Shown here: positions 23,560 through 34,887 of the stretch, piece after piece
Numbering within the stretch: position 1 is the first letter of the stretch
How the letters are laid out: each line of letters begins with the position of its first letter
From: the human T2T-CHM13v2.0 reference genome, Homo sapiens
Reading direction: 5' to 3' (one strand)
NCBI RefSeq assembly: GCF_009914755.1
Contig: NC_060927.1
Length of the DNA: 64,000 bases
Position numbers and translations under genes: made by a program
Notes under the pieces: model-generated
What the model saw: the letters and a program-made list of their open reading frames with translations, nothing else
Databases searched by the model: none
What the model was told of the DNA's origin: nothing

Positions 23560-24150
23560 TCCAGTAGGCTCATAGTAAGTGTGCACAGGAGAGGCAACAT
23601 TTTTGAAGCCTTAAGTATCTGAAAATATTTTATTTTACATTTACATGTAAACATTTTTATTTTCCATGTATACTGAGGATACTTTGGCTGGGTATTGAAA
23701 TCTAGGTTAGAGCTATGGTGTCATCATCTTCTAGCTTCCACAGTGCTGTGGAGAAGTCAGATGCTGTTGGAACCTTATCCTCTGTGACCCGATCCTCTGT
23801 TATCTCCTTGACTTTGACATTTATGGAAATGTGCCTTGGTGAGAGTCTGTCTTTATTCATTGGACTGGACCCTTCGTGAGGCCCCTCAGTGCAGGAACCA
23901 ATGTCCCTCAGTTCTGTAATGCTCGTATTTATTGGATGATTTTTCTCTCCTTAGTTTTCTCTGTTCTGAGTGCCTGTTATTTAGACGGTGGACATCCTGG
24001 ACTAACCATCTGATTTTGTTTTGTTTCTTCCTTTTGCCATTTTGTCTAACTCTCTGGAGTGTTTCCTCACTCTTATCTCCCCCTCTTCCAACTGAATTTT
24101 CAAATTTATGCTCCACATATTTCATTTCTCAGAGCTCCTTTCCGTTCTCA
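23560..24150 (-). mobile_element. Ancient L1M internal fragment
   Basis: TCTGAAAATATTTTATTTT, TTTGGCTGGGTAT and CTTCTAGCTTCC...GAGAAGTCAGATGC. A similar fragment lies at ~16000-16250. Confidence 0.55.
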
Positions 24151-24344
24151 TCATTTTCTTTGCTAGAACCTCTTGTGCATGTTCTCTGGATCTTCCCTTC
24201 TCTCTCTGAAGACACTCCCTTCAGTTTCCTTCTGACACCCTTTGTTCTACTCCCTGTTTTTCAGACTGCAGGCTTTCTTCAGGTGATCCCTTGACTTTCT
24301 GTTCATATTTAAGAGGGAGGCACTAAAAGCTGATTAAACACATA

Positions 24345-24760
24345 ATATGTATTTGTAAGAGCCCAAATTGGAAACGACCCCAATGTTCATTAACAGTAGA
24401 GTGGACAATACTGTACCCACACAATGGAATGCTCTCCAGCACCAAGAATGGACCATATTTGTGCAAGTCACGGGGCGAATCTCAAATATGATGCTGAAGA
24501 GAAGAAGCCAGTCTTGAAACAGCACACCTTTGCCTAAAGCATGGAACCAGGCAAGACAAATCTGTGTGCTAGGAGTCACGATAGTGTTGTCTTTGCCTGG
24601 GGGTGGCGACTCAAAGGGGCTGAGGAGGTTTCTGGGATGCAGGTTTATTCTCTCTCTTGATCTGGCTGACTAAGGGCGTGTCCTGTTAGTGAAAAATCAT
24701 CATGCTAGACTCTCAGGATGAGTGCACTTCAGTGTCCAGCAATTATACGTTCAGCTGAAA
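24345..24760 (+). mobile_element. L1ME-type 3' end
   Basis: TTGGAAACGACCCCAATGTTCATTAACAGTAGAGTGGA and GAATCTCAAATATGATGCTGAAG. Confidence 0.65.
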
Positions 24761-26083
24761 CCATACAAGGGAAATCCGTGGGACTTGTGGGCTGGTGGGT
24801 GACCCCGTGGGGCCAAGCTGTTCCTCCAGAGAGCAATCTTCCATTCTCCTGCCTGGGTTAGCCATTTGTGAGTGGACTGGGAGTGGGGCAGGCGTCTCTT
24901 GACTCCCTGTGCAGGCTTCTCACACACTCCACTTTTTCAGTAAAGAGCCTCACTTCTGCCCTGAGAAAGGCTGAGCTCCCCACCTCCAGAGAGTCTGGGT
25001 TCACCCTCCACAGAGAATAAACCTCCCATCTTCAACTGGGATGGTGGGGGATAGGGATCCAAATGCCCAGACCCTACCTCCAGGGTATCTGGTGCCTCCA
25101 ATTCTGCAGGCTTGCTGGGCCTCGTGATTGGCCTGATTCTGCCTGGCTTCCTTAATTCTTGCTTCAGAACAGTTTTTGTTTCACTGTATTTTCTGGGCCT
25201 TCTATTAGTAAGTGAGGGACCATCTGGACTAATTTGTTAACATTTCTTTTTTCTCTCATATTTTCTCTCTCTTTCCTTTTGTTCTGCTTTCTTGCAGATT
25301 TCTGCAACTTTATGTTTTAATCCTTGGGTAGATTTTTAAAAATCAGCTATCATATTTTAATGTTGTTATTACATTTTTTATTTTGGGATAATTATATTCA
25401 CATGCACTTATAATAAATAATACAGATATTTCTGTGTACTCTGTACTCAATTTCCCCCAGTGGTAATGGTTTGTAAAGCTATGGTAGAATATCACAACCA
25501 GGATATTGACATTAATGCAGTCAAGATAAAGAACATTTCCATTGCTTCAGGTATCTCTTGTAGCCACCCTTGTTTATATCCAAAACAACTTTTCCTTCCC
25601 CCGTCCCTCTAACCTTGATCCTTGGCAACCACTAATCTGTTCTTCAGTTCTATAATTTTGTCATCTCAATGGTATTATATGAATAGAACCACAGAGTATG
25701 TAATCCTTTGGGCTTGGCTTTTTCACTCAGCAGAATTCTCTGGAGATCCATCCAAGTTGTTGCGTGTATCAATAGTTCATTCCTTTTATTGCAAAATAAT
25801 ATTGCATAGTACAACGTACTACAGTTTGTTTAGCCATTCATCTGGTGAAGGATATCTAGATTGTTTCCAGATCTGGGCTATCACGAGTAATGCTGCTATG
25901 AGTATTTATGTACAGATTGTTGCAGGAACATACTTTTTCATTTCTCTGGAATACAGTGCAGTTGTTGGGTTGTATGGTAGTTGCATACTTAGTTTTATAA
26001 GAAACTGCTGAACTCTTTTCCAGACTGGCTGTGCCATTTTACATTCCTACCAGGAATGTACGAGCAATACAGTTTCTGCACAT

Positions 26084-26258
26084 TTAGAGTCAGTATAAAT
26101 ATTGACGCATAGTCCTTTTGCAAGGGTGAGGTCTTGAGTTAAGGCAATGACTTCTGTTGGCTGAGAGGTAGTGGACGGGGGGCAGAGTGGTAGCCTCAAT
26201 GATAGATGTGGAAGATACGATAGCATAGCCTGCCTTTGCTAATGACTGGCGATTAGGA
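26084..26258 (-). mobile_element. Isolated HERV-H pol (RNase H) fragment, 175 bp
   Basis: Translates PNRQSLAKAGYAIVSSTSIIEATTLPP/STTSQPTEVIALTQDLTLAKGLCVNIYTDSK with one frameshift. Flanked by TGCACAT at 26077-26083 and 26259-26265. Confidence 0.85.
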
Positions 26259-27327
26259 TGCACATCCTCACCAGCATTTGGTGTTACCACTAGTTTCCAT
26301 TTTAGCCATTCTGTTAGGTCTGTAGCGTATATCTTTGTGGTTTAACATGCGTTTCCTTTATGGATAAGATGTTGAACATCTTTTTATATGCTTATTTGCC
26401 ATCTACATGTCTTCTTTAATAATATGTCCATTTGTGTCTTTTGTCCACTTTCTAACTAGATTGGCTTGTTTTTCTTTTTCAACTTTTAGCTACCCTATTA
26501 ACTGAAGGGATTTTTTTTTTATTGCTAAGTTTTGAGTGTTCTTTTTATATTCTAGATACTAGTCCTTTATTGGATATGTGGTTTGCAAATATGTCTCCTA
26601 GTCTGTAGCTTGTCTTTTCACCCTGTTAAAAGAGCCTTTTGCAAGCAAAAGTTTGTAATTTTAACAAAGTCCAGTTTGTTAATTTTTTTTTACGGCCCAT
26701 GCTTTCTGTGTCAGGTTGAAGAACTCTTTGCCTAGCTCTAGAGTTTCTGTTATGCTCTTTTTTTCCTAAAAGTTTTATAGTTTACATTTAAGTCTATGAT
26801 CCATTTTGAATTGAATTTTATGTAATGTATGAGGTGTAGGCTGATGTTCATTTTTTTGCAGCTATCATTTAAAAACTAAATAATAGACCACTTTTAAGTT
26901 TTGGATTTACAGAGAAATTGAGCAGATTGTATAGAGTTCCCGTGTAATCCCACCCCTGAACACAATTCCTCTGTTATTAACATCTTGCATTAGTGGCACA
27001 CTTGTTATAGTTAATAACCCAATATCGATACGTTATTATTAACTAAAGTCTATAGTTCACCCTTGGTTGTACTTCTCTGTGGGTTTTGACAAAGGCAGAA
27101 TGTGGTGCATCCCCTGTTACAGTGTCAAACAGGAACTTCACAGCCCTAAAATTGCCCTGTGCTTTAGCAACCATTGATCTTTTCACTGTCTCTATAGTTT
27201 TGCCTTTCCTAGAATGTCATACAGTTGGGATCATATAGTACACAGCCTTTTCATACTGGCTTTTTTTCGCTTAATAACATGTATTTAAACTTTCTCCATG
27301 TATTTTTGTGACATGGTAAATCATTTC

Positions 27328-27680
27328 TTTCTTTTTTTCAGAGACACGGTCTCACTCTGTCACCCCAGGCTGGAGTGCAGTGGTGCCATCACAGCTCACT
27401 GAAGCCTTGACATCCTGGGCTCAAGTGATCCCCCTGCCTTAGCCTCCCAAGTAGCTGGGACTACAGGCACATACTGCCACACCTGGCTATTATTTAAAAT
27501 TATTTTTTGTAGAGACAAAAACTTATTTTAAATAATATTTTTGTCTCTACAAAAAAATATTTTTCTTTTTTGTCTCTACAAAAGGCCTGTTATGTTGCCC
27601 AGGCTGGTCTTGAACTCCTGGATGCAAGCCATCCTCCTGCCTCAGGAGCCCGAGTAGCTGGGATCACAGGTGTGGGCTGG
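27328..27680 (-). mobile_element. AluJ with a rearranged central linker
   Basis: CACAGCTCACTGAAGCCTTGAC and CTCAAGTGATCC are J-type. Inverted duplications at 27503-27583. Confidence 0.85.
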
Positions 27681-28891
27681 ATCATTTCTTTTTTTTAGTC
27701 ACTGAAGAGCATTCTATTGTGTGGATGAACCTCATTTGTTTATCCATTTACCTACTGACAGACATCTTGGTTGAGTCCAGTTTTTGAAAAATATGAATAA
27801 AGCTGCTATAAACATAGCAGTAGGTTTTTGTGTGGACATAAGTTTTCAATTCAGTTGGGTAAATACCTAGGAGTGTGATTGCTGGATCATATGGTAAGAC
27901 TATGTTTAGCTTCATAAAAACTGTGTCTTCCACAGTGACTGTACCATTTCACATTCCCACCAGCAATGAGGGAGAATTTCTGTTGCTCCACATCCTTGCC
28001 AGCATTTGGTGTTTTTTTTTTTTAATTAGCATACTGTTCTTGTTTTATAGCTGTAGCATTTCTCTCATTTCTCGAAAACTATTAATTAGAATTTTTGGTA
28101 AATTTCCTTGTGTTTCCTGCTGTAATGTTGGTTTCTTTAATTTCCTTCTCTATGTTTACTTTGTTTTCTGTCTCTCAAGCTGGGGCTTTCTGCAGATGTC
28201 TGGTCATCCTCAGCTCCCCATTTATCAGCAAGAGTCGATTGGATGCTCACAGGCTGGGCTTCGCTTTTTGGTTAATTGCAAGCAAGAGCAGCTGTTTGAC
28301 TGCAGGGGGACCGCCGAAGGTCTCCTACTTGGTGGGGGAGTTGGGGAGTGGCCTCCTTCCTGCTGCCCTGTATTGGGTAGAGGAGGGGACTGGGCTGGTG
28401 GGATTTAACCAGTAGGTGTCCAGACTTTCAGAGAGTTACCCTTGTGTCTCCCATGTTCACTACATCCACAGAAGAATCTACAGTCTCCCGCTGGGGTTGG
28501 GGTGGCATCTGCCTGGGTGTTGAACATGGGCAGGGGCAAGCAATGGGCTTTTTCGAGTAAAGATTTCAACCGCTCCCTCTGTGGTCTTCTGGCCTTTTCA
28601 TCCCTTCCTTGTTGCTGCCATCAAGTCCTGAGCCTCCCAGGGCTTCTTCAGGGAAGATAAGCTCACTTCCCGTCTGCAGTGCTTGCCCTGGAGGGCGAGG
28701 CTTTCTGACCCATTAAGTCAGATGTCCTATCTCTATTCTTCCACAGGCAGAAGGTCTCTATCCACTGACATTCCCATTTATACCTCCTATGTGGGTTTAC
28801 AATTTTAAAACATTTTAATTCCTTAGGCAGAAGCAGAGATAAACTTATATGGTCAGTCAATCCATCACCTTTAACCAAAATTTCTCAATCA

Positions 28892-29257
<366 letters not shown>

Positions 29258-29954
29258 TTAAACAACATAGACACATGTAAAACAAAACAAACACACACAA
29301 AAAAGTGACATTTTCTTAGCACCTTCTGCCACCTTCCCCTTCCCTAGATGCCACACAGTAGCTGTCAGGAATGTGTCCTTTCTCTGTGCAAGTGGACAGC
29401 TGCAGACTGAGAATTTGTGCCTACATGTACACGTTCCCTGGCTGTCCTTGTAATCACGCTCTGCGTCTCGAAGAGCTCTCCTGGAAGGCACTTGCCACCC
29501 CACCGTGGTGTGGGGGTGGTGGTGGGGGGGCTGGGCTGTGAGCTCCCTTAGCAGGGGGTTCGCCTCAGGTGCTGAGACAAGGTCAGCAGTGACTGAGCAA
29601 GATGGAGGCCTGTCCGGTTCTGCCTGGCGCAGGCTCCCCTCCCAGCCGTCTTTGCTCTGAGCTCCCCGTCGGGCTGTCAGGTCTGCACCAGGGAGGAGGG
29701 CTCCCTGCCCAGTGCTGCTTCCGTCTGTCCTTTCCCATATGTGACTCCGGCCTCCTTCCCTGTCCTCGCTGTCTCAGTGTCAGCTCCTGGAGGAGCTCTG
29801 GACACACTCTTAGTCTGAACTCTGAGTTTTCTCAGGTCCCATTTATCAGGGATGCTTTTCTAAACCAAAGGGCATACATCTGCCCTATCCTTTTTAAGAA
29901 CTGTGTGGTATTTTATGGCAAGAATGTAGCATAAGTTACGTACAGTCTCTTGGG

Positions 29955-30260
29955 TTTTTGTTTGTTTTTTGAGATAGGGTCTCACTGTGTCACCCAGGCT
30001 GGAGTGTAGTGGTGGGATCTCAGCTCACTGCCGCCTTGACCTCCTGGCCTCAAGCAATCCTCCCACCTCAGCCTCCCTGTAATTCCTATAGCTGGGATTA
30101 TGTGTGTGTACCACCATGCCTGGCTAATTTTTACATTTTTTGTAGAGACCAAGCTCCCTATGTTGCCTAGGCTGGTCTCAAACTCTTGGGCTCAAGCAAC
30201 CTTCCTGCCTTGGCCCCCGCAAAGTGCTGGGATTACAGGTGTGAGCCAGTGTGCCTGGCC
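29955..30260 (-). mobile_element. AluJ
   Basis: J-type Alu dimer. Degenerate TSD CAGTCTCTTG / CACTCTCTTG. Confidence 0.88.
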
Positions 30261-30344
30261 CACACTCTCTTGCTGATGGAATCTTAAGAAGTCTAATTAT
30301 TCTTGTGAAAAACCTTGTGAAAAAAAGCCATTTTAAACATGTAT

Positions 30345-30535
30345 TTCACGTTATTTTGTGTGTATTATTATAACATATATCATTATGTATTACATAATAC
30401 ATATGTAATACAGATGATATGTATGACTTAATATGTATAACATATGATATAATAGATATCATGTTGTTATATGTGTATCACATGTTACATACATATACAT
30501 GTGTATCACATATTAAATATATGTTTCATAAGTAT
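30345..30535. repeat. AT-rich (TA/CATAT) low-complexity tract
   Basis: Direct reading. Confidence 0.8.
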
Positions 30536-31924
30536 TTCAACCCAACAGATTAGTTTGAAAACAATGTACGCCTATGTTTACTTTCTCTGTCCGCCTCTCC
30601 CTCAGGACCAGGTGCCTAGCTGACTTAGCACATTCTCTGGAGAGGAGTGTGTGGAGCGGGATTGTGTGGGTGCTGAGGGCCTGCGGGCCCAGGCAGGGCT
30701 GTTCACACAAAGGCAGACCAGATCATCACAGCCCATCCTGCCCTCCTTGAAGACCACCCTAAGGAGGCCATGGTACATGCCACTCTCTGAGTTCTGTTGG
30801 AATTTCTACATAAACCAGAGAATTAAAAAATAGACATTTTATTCTCCTGCAAGGTCTCTGTGGGATTGAGAGGTCCTTCTTGCACGTTGATTCTTAAGGA
30901 TGTTTCGCCTTCCTATTTTTGTCACGTCTCCCTTAAGTCAGTCGTGCGGTTTCTCCCTCTGGCCTCCTCCGACCCCTGCACTCTGAGTTCTCCTCTGAGG
31001 CTTGGAGCCCTCCTTCTCAGTGGTTTATGGGGGCTCCCTTTTCCCAACCCGCCCCTTCCAGCTGGGACAGTCTCCCTGGTCCCTGACATACTGGAGAGGG
31101 AGGCCGGGCATTGTTTTTAGCGCCCAGCACCCTCCCCTCGCCACCTTCAGTTCAGTGGGTGCCTTGTGGACACAGCTGTGACGCCATGCGATGCTGTCTC
31201 CATAGGACACAGCGTTATGTCTCAGTGCACATGGCCGATGACAAAAAATAAAACACACAGCAAGAGGCAAGGTTCGGGAGGTGCCACCCTCAGGACGGGG
31301 GCAGGGGTGGAGGTCCCACCCCTAAGTGCTGGTGGGCCATGCCTCTGGGACCAGATGCCCCCTCAGCTGACAGCGCATCACAAGGACCCGAGCTGAGGAT
31401 GATCTGGGGGTGCCTGGGGCCAAGGCTTGTTCCACTGGCAACACGGGCAAGTGTGCTGGCCAACAGCTGTCTCACCAGTGGGCAGATTAGCAGCTCCCAG
31501 GCATGGCTACAGATTCTGCAGGAGAGGACATGAGGGGCCCACATGGGTGTCACCAGTGGGTGACCAGCTTAGGACCTCATGACTCATAAGTAGCTCCTTG
31601 TGAGTCATGAGTATTCTCACTGAGCCAGGAGTATTCAATATGCTGCTGGCTCATGAATATTTGGTGTGCCATGAATATTTCTTGCCTACTTGGCCCTTCC
31701 CTGCCTTTATCCGTGTTCAGCCCCCATGTGCCCCTCGTGCTCCCCAGCGCGGCTCACGGGCCACTCACTAGCTTGCTTGTTTGTGTGTCACTCTTGAAGT
31801 CCACCTACTCCCTTGTTTTCTTTCTTTCTCTCACAAAATTGAGACAGCCCATTTGGGGGATATTTGAATATATTTATTCTCAAACAACAAATAGCAAATA
31901 TACATGGCAGTCAATCTTTTAAAA

Positions 31925-33200
31925 ATAATTTTATAAAATGATGTCATATACTGCTCACATCAAAGTGTGTATAAAATATATTTACATAGTTTTAGAATCG
32001 TAACAAAACAAATACCTGTGCCTCCTCTCAGGTTAAAAAAGGTGACACTCGTATTCCCCTAAAGCAGCCCCTCGGCCCTCCCCTTCCTCCTTCAGCGTGG
32101 CTCCCTCTTCTGTAGTGTGTTGCTAAACATGTATTGGCTTCTAGCGACAGTTCCATCCCTAAACAGTGTGCTGTTTGGCTTGTGCGTTTCCGAGTTGAGA
32201 GGAATGCAATCACACCACACACATTTTCTGGGATCTGCTTCTCTTGCTCAACATCATGTTTTTGAGGTTGATTGGGGTTGCAGGGATTCCTTCAGGCGAC
32301 CAGCTGCACATGCTTGCCTGGGATTGAGGGGTTTCCCAGGACACGGGGCATTCAGTGTGGACACCGGGAGAGTTCTGGGGCAGGCCCAGCTCATTTTGCC
32401 GCTGTAGGAGGTCCCGTGGTGCGAACCTGCCATAACTCTTGTCTGTGGATGTTTGGGCTGCTTCCATCTTCAAGCCATTTGAACAGGGCTGCTGTGTGGA
32501 ACATTCCTGAATGTGCCTCTGGGCACTGGGAGGCGAGGTGGGTGCATGCAGACTCCTCCAGATGACAGCACGCTGTTCTTCCAAGGGACTGCAGCCATTC
32601 ACGCGTCCTGGTGGAGGAGGAGCACGGCCACTCCTCCAAATCCCCGCTGACACAGGGTGTGGTCCAGTTTCTAATTCTTCCCCATTCGGTGGGGGAGAAA
32701 TTGATCTCACGTGATTGTCATTCAGATCCCCAAGGTTACTAACAAGGTTTGTTGGCCATTTCAATTTTCTTCATGAGGAATGCCTGTTCCTGTCTTTCAA
32801 TCACAGTCTCCTTACTGACTATTGTAGTCCTTTATATATTCTGGATATTAATGCTTTGCAGTTACATGGGTTACAAATATCTCCTTGCAGCTTGTCATTT
32901 GTGATTTCATTTTTTATGGGGCTTTTGGTGAACAGAGATTCTTTATTTTAATGGAACTGATTTTATCTCTTCCTTTGTTTCTGCTCATTCAAGGGCTCTC
33001 TCAAGACATTCCCCCATGTTGTGTTCTGGAAGTTTCATAGTTTTGCCTTCAGTCCATTTTGGTTGATCGTTGTGTGGGGTGTGAGGCAGGGGTCCAGCTT
33101 TATCTTGACTCTCATGGGATCACTGATGAACAACACTGGTTTTTGCACTGGTTTTGCACCATTCATATTCTGGTTCCCATGGCTGTTTGGGGCTGTCTCT
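31925..33200 (-). mobile_element. Old L1ME fragment with a MER81-like insert (~32295-32395)
   Basis: CAACATCATGTTTTTGAG, TTTATATATTCTGGATATTAA and IKLDPCLTPHT (ORF2). Insert GGGATTGAGGGGTTTCCCAGGACACGGGG resembles MER81. Confidence 0.6.
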
Positions 33201-34359
33201 GGGATCTCTTCTGTTCTCTGTGAATGGCTTTCCCTCTGCAGCCTGGTACCCACTCAGCAGACACCTCCAGAGGTTGCCTTTGGGAGGGGGTGCCTTTCCC
33301 CTTGGTACCAAGGGCAAGGAGGGGTGTCCAGGCCTCTCTGTCCACATGCAGCCTGGGCTGGGGAGACATGGGGGATGGTGTCCAGGGGCAGGGCTGGGAG
33401 CAGGCCTTGAAGGCCATAGTGAGGGTGTGGACTTGACAGCAGGTACAGAGAAGTGGTGGATGCCCTTTAGTTGGGGAATGTATGACAGATACATGGATGA
33501 CATATATGATAGGTAGGTATATGCACACATAAGTGTGAGTGTGCCTGCACCTGGCTGTAGGTATAGATCTTATGGAAGCCATTTGGCCATTTGGTGGCAC
33601 AGAGGTCAGTGCGGGCAGGAATGATGGCAAGGGTCAGGGGCTACCTCTTAAGGGGATGGCCAGCCTGCGGGCCTCCGTGTGTGGTTCACTCCTAGCTTTA
33701 CCTGTGCTCACTGAGCCCCACCATCTGACACACCATGTCATAGCTCCATTAGGTCCATGGCTCCTCCTCCCTGAGTGTGACTGACACATGCACAGTCAGT
33801 GGTCAGCACTCACCGAATGAGTGGATGAATGAGCAGGTGAGTGGCGGGTCCCATACAGGGACAGGCACTGAGAGGGCCAAGGGTTTGAAGGAGAGAAAAA
33901 CAGGTAATGCCAGGGCCAAGCTGTCCCCTGATGCGACTCAGGGAAACCCATCAGAGCTCTCCGTTACGTGGCCACAGCCTTTCAGGGCTCCAGAAGCATC
34001 ACGTGCCCTTGTTCCCATCTTGACTTCCCTGCCTCCTTTCATGGAAGACAGCTCAGCTGTGAGTCCAGTTTGATGTCCAGGGGGCAGCATGAGTTTCCCA
34101 AGGCCCCACAGCAGGTCTGTGGACCAACTGGAGCCCCCAACACCAGCACAGCCTGGACAGAGGATGTCCTGCATGCAGGCCTGGCCCAGCACCCACTGAC
34201 CTGTCTTTCCTCATCCCAGCCGTGGAGTATCTGTTTAATACCTTGACATCTCTTTCTGAAGAGCTGTTGCTTGGCAATTGTTGCTAGGCAAAATTCATCA
34301 TTAACCAAGAGTCAGGGCTCTTGATCGGAGGCCTTCAGGAACACTGTGGGCCTGCAGGA

Positions 34360-34887
34360 TGTGGTGGGAAGAATCCTGAGATGGCCTGGAGATTCCTGCC
34401 CCAGGGGCACACACCCTGTGTGATCCATCCACTAGAGCATGGGCAGGACCTGTCAATAGGATGGGACAGCTGTTCCCTTGATGAGATCACATTCAGTGGC
34501 CAAGGTGATGGAGCGTCACACCTGGGATCAGGCAGTATTAGATTAGACTCAGTAGTCCAGGGAGAGGAGCTCCTGCTGGCTGCTGATAGGCAAGTGCCAC
34601 ATTACTAGAGGGCTGTGTGCCAGGACTGGCGGGCACTGTCCATGAGTTGGGAGTAGCCCCCCTCACCAGCAGGAAGACAGGACGTCAGTGCCACCACTGC
34701 AAGGAGCTGAGTACTGCCAACACCCAGCAAGCTCACAGGAGGGCCCGGGAGCCTCAGCTGAGAACCATGCCCCAGTGACCCTGAGATCCAGCCTGAAGAC
34801 ACCTGTGCCGAACCCCGGCCTGCATGGGCAAGGCTTTAAGTCACTTCATTTGTGGTAACTTGCTGTGTAGCATAGAAAACGAATACA
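34360..34887 (+). mobile_element. MLT1E-like MaLR solo LTR
   Basis: Termini TGTGGTGGGAAGAATCCTGAGATGGCC...GCATAGAAAACGAATACA. 5-bp TSD CAGGA/CAGGT. Confidence 0.8.

Larger units (their letters stand above)
25375..28010 (-). mobile_element. Stacked L1MC/MD fragments with nested inserts
   Basis: Reverse-strand L1 3'UTR and ORF2 signatures, including LNIVLPYDPAITLLGIYPTELKTYVHTKT (27748-27933). Confidence 0.8.
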
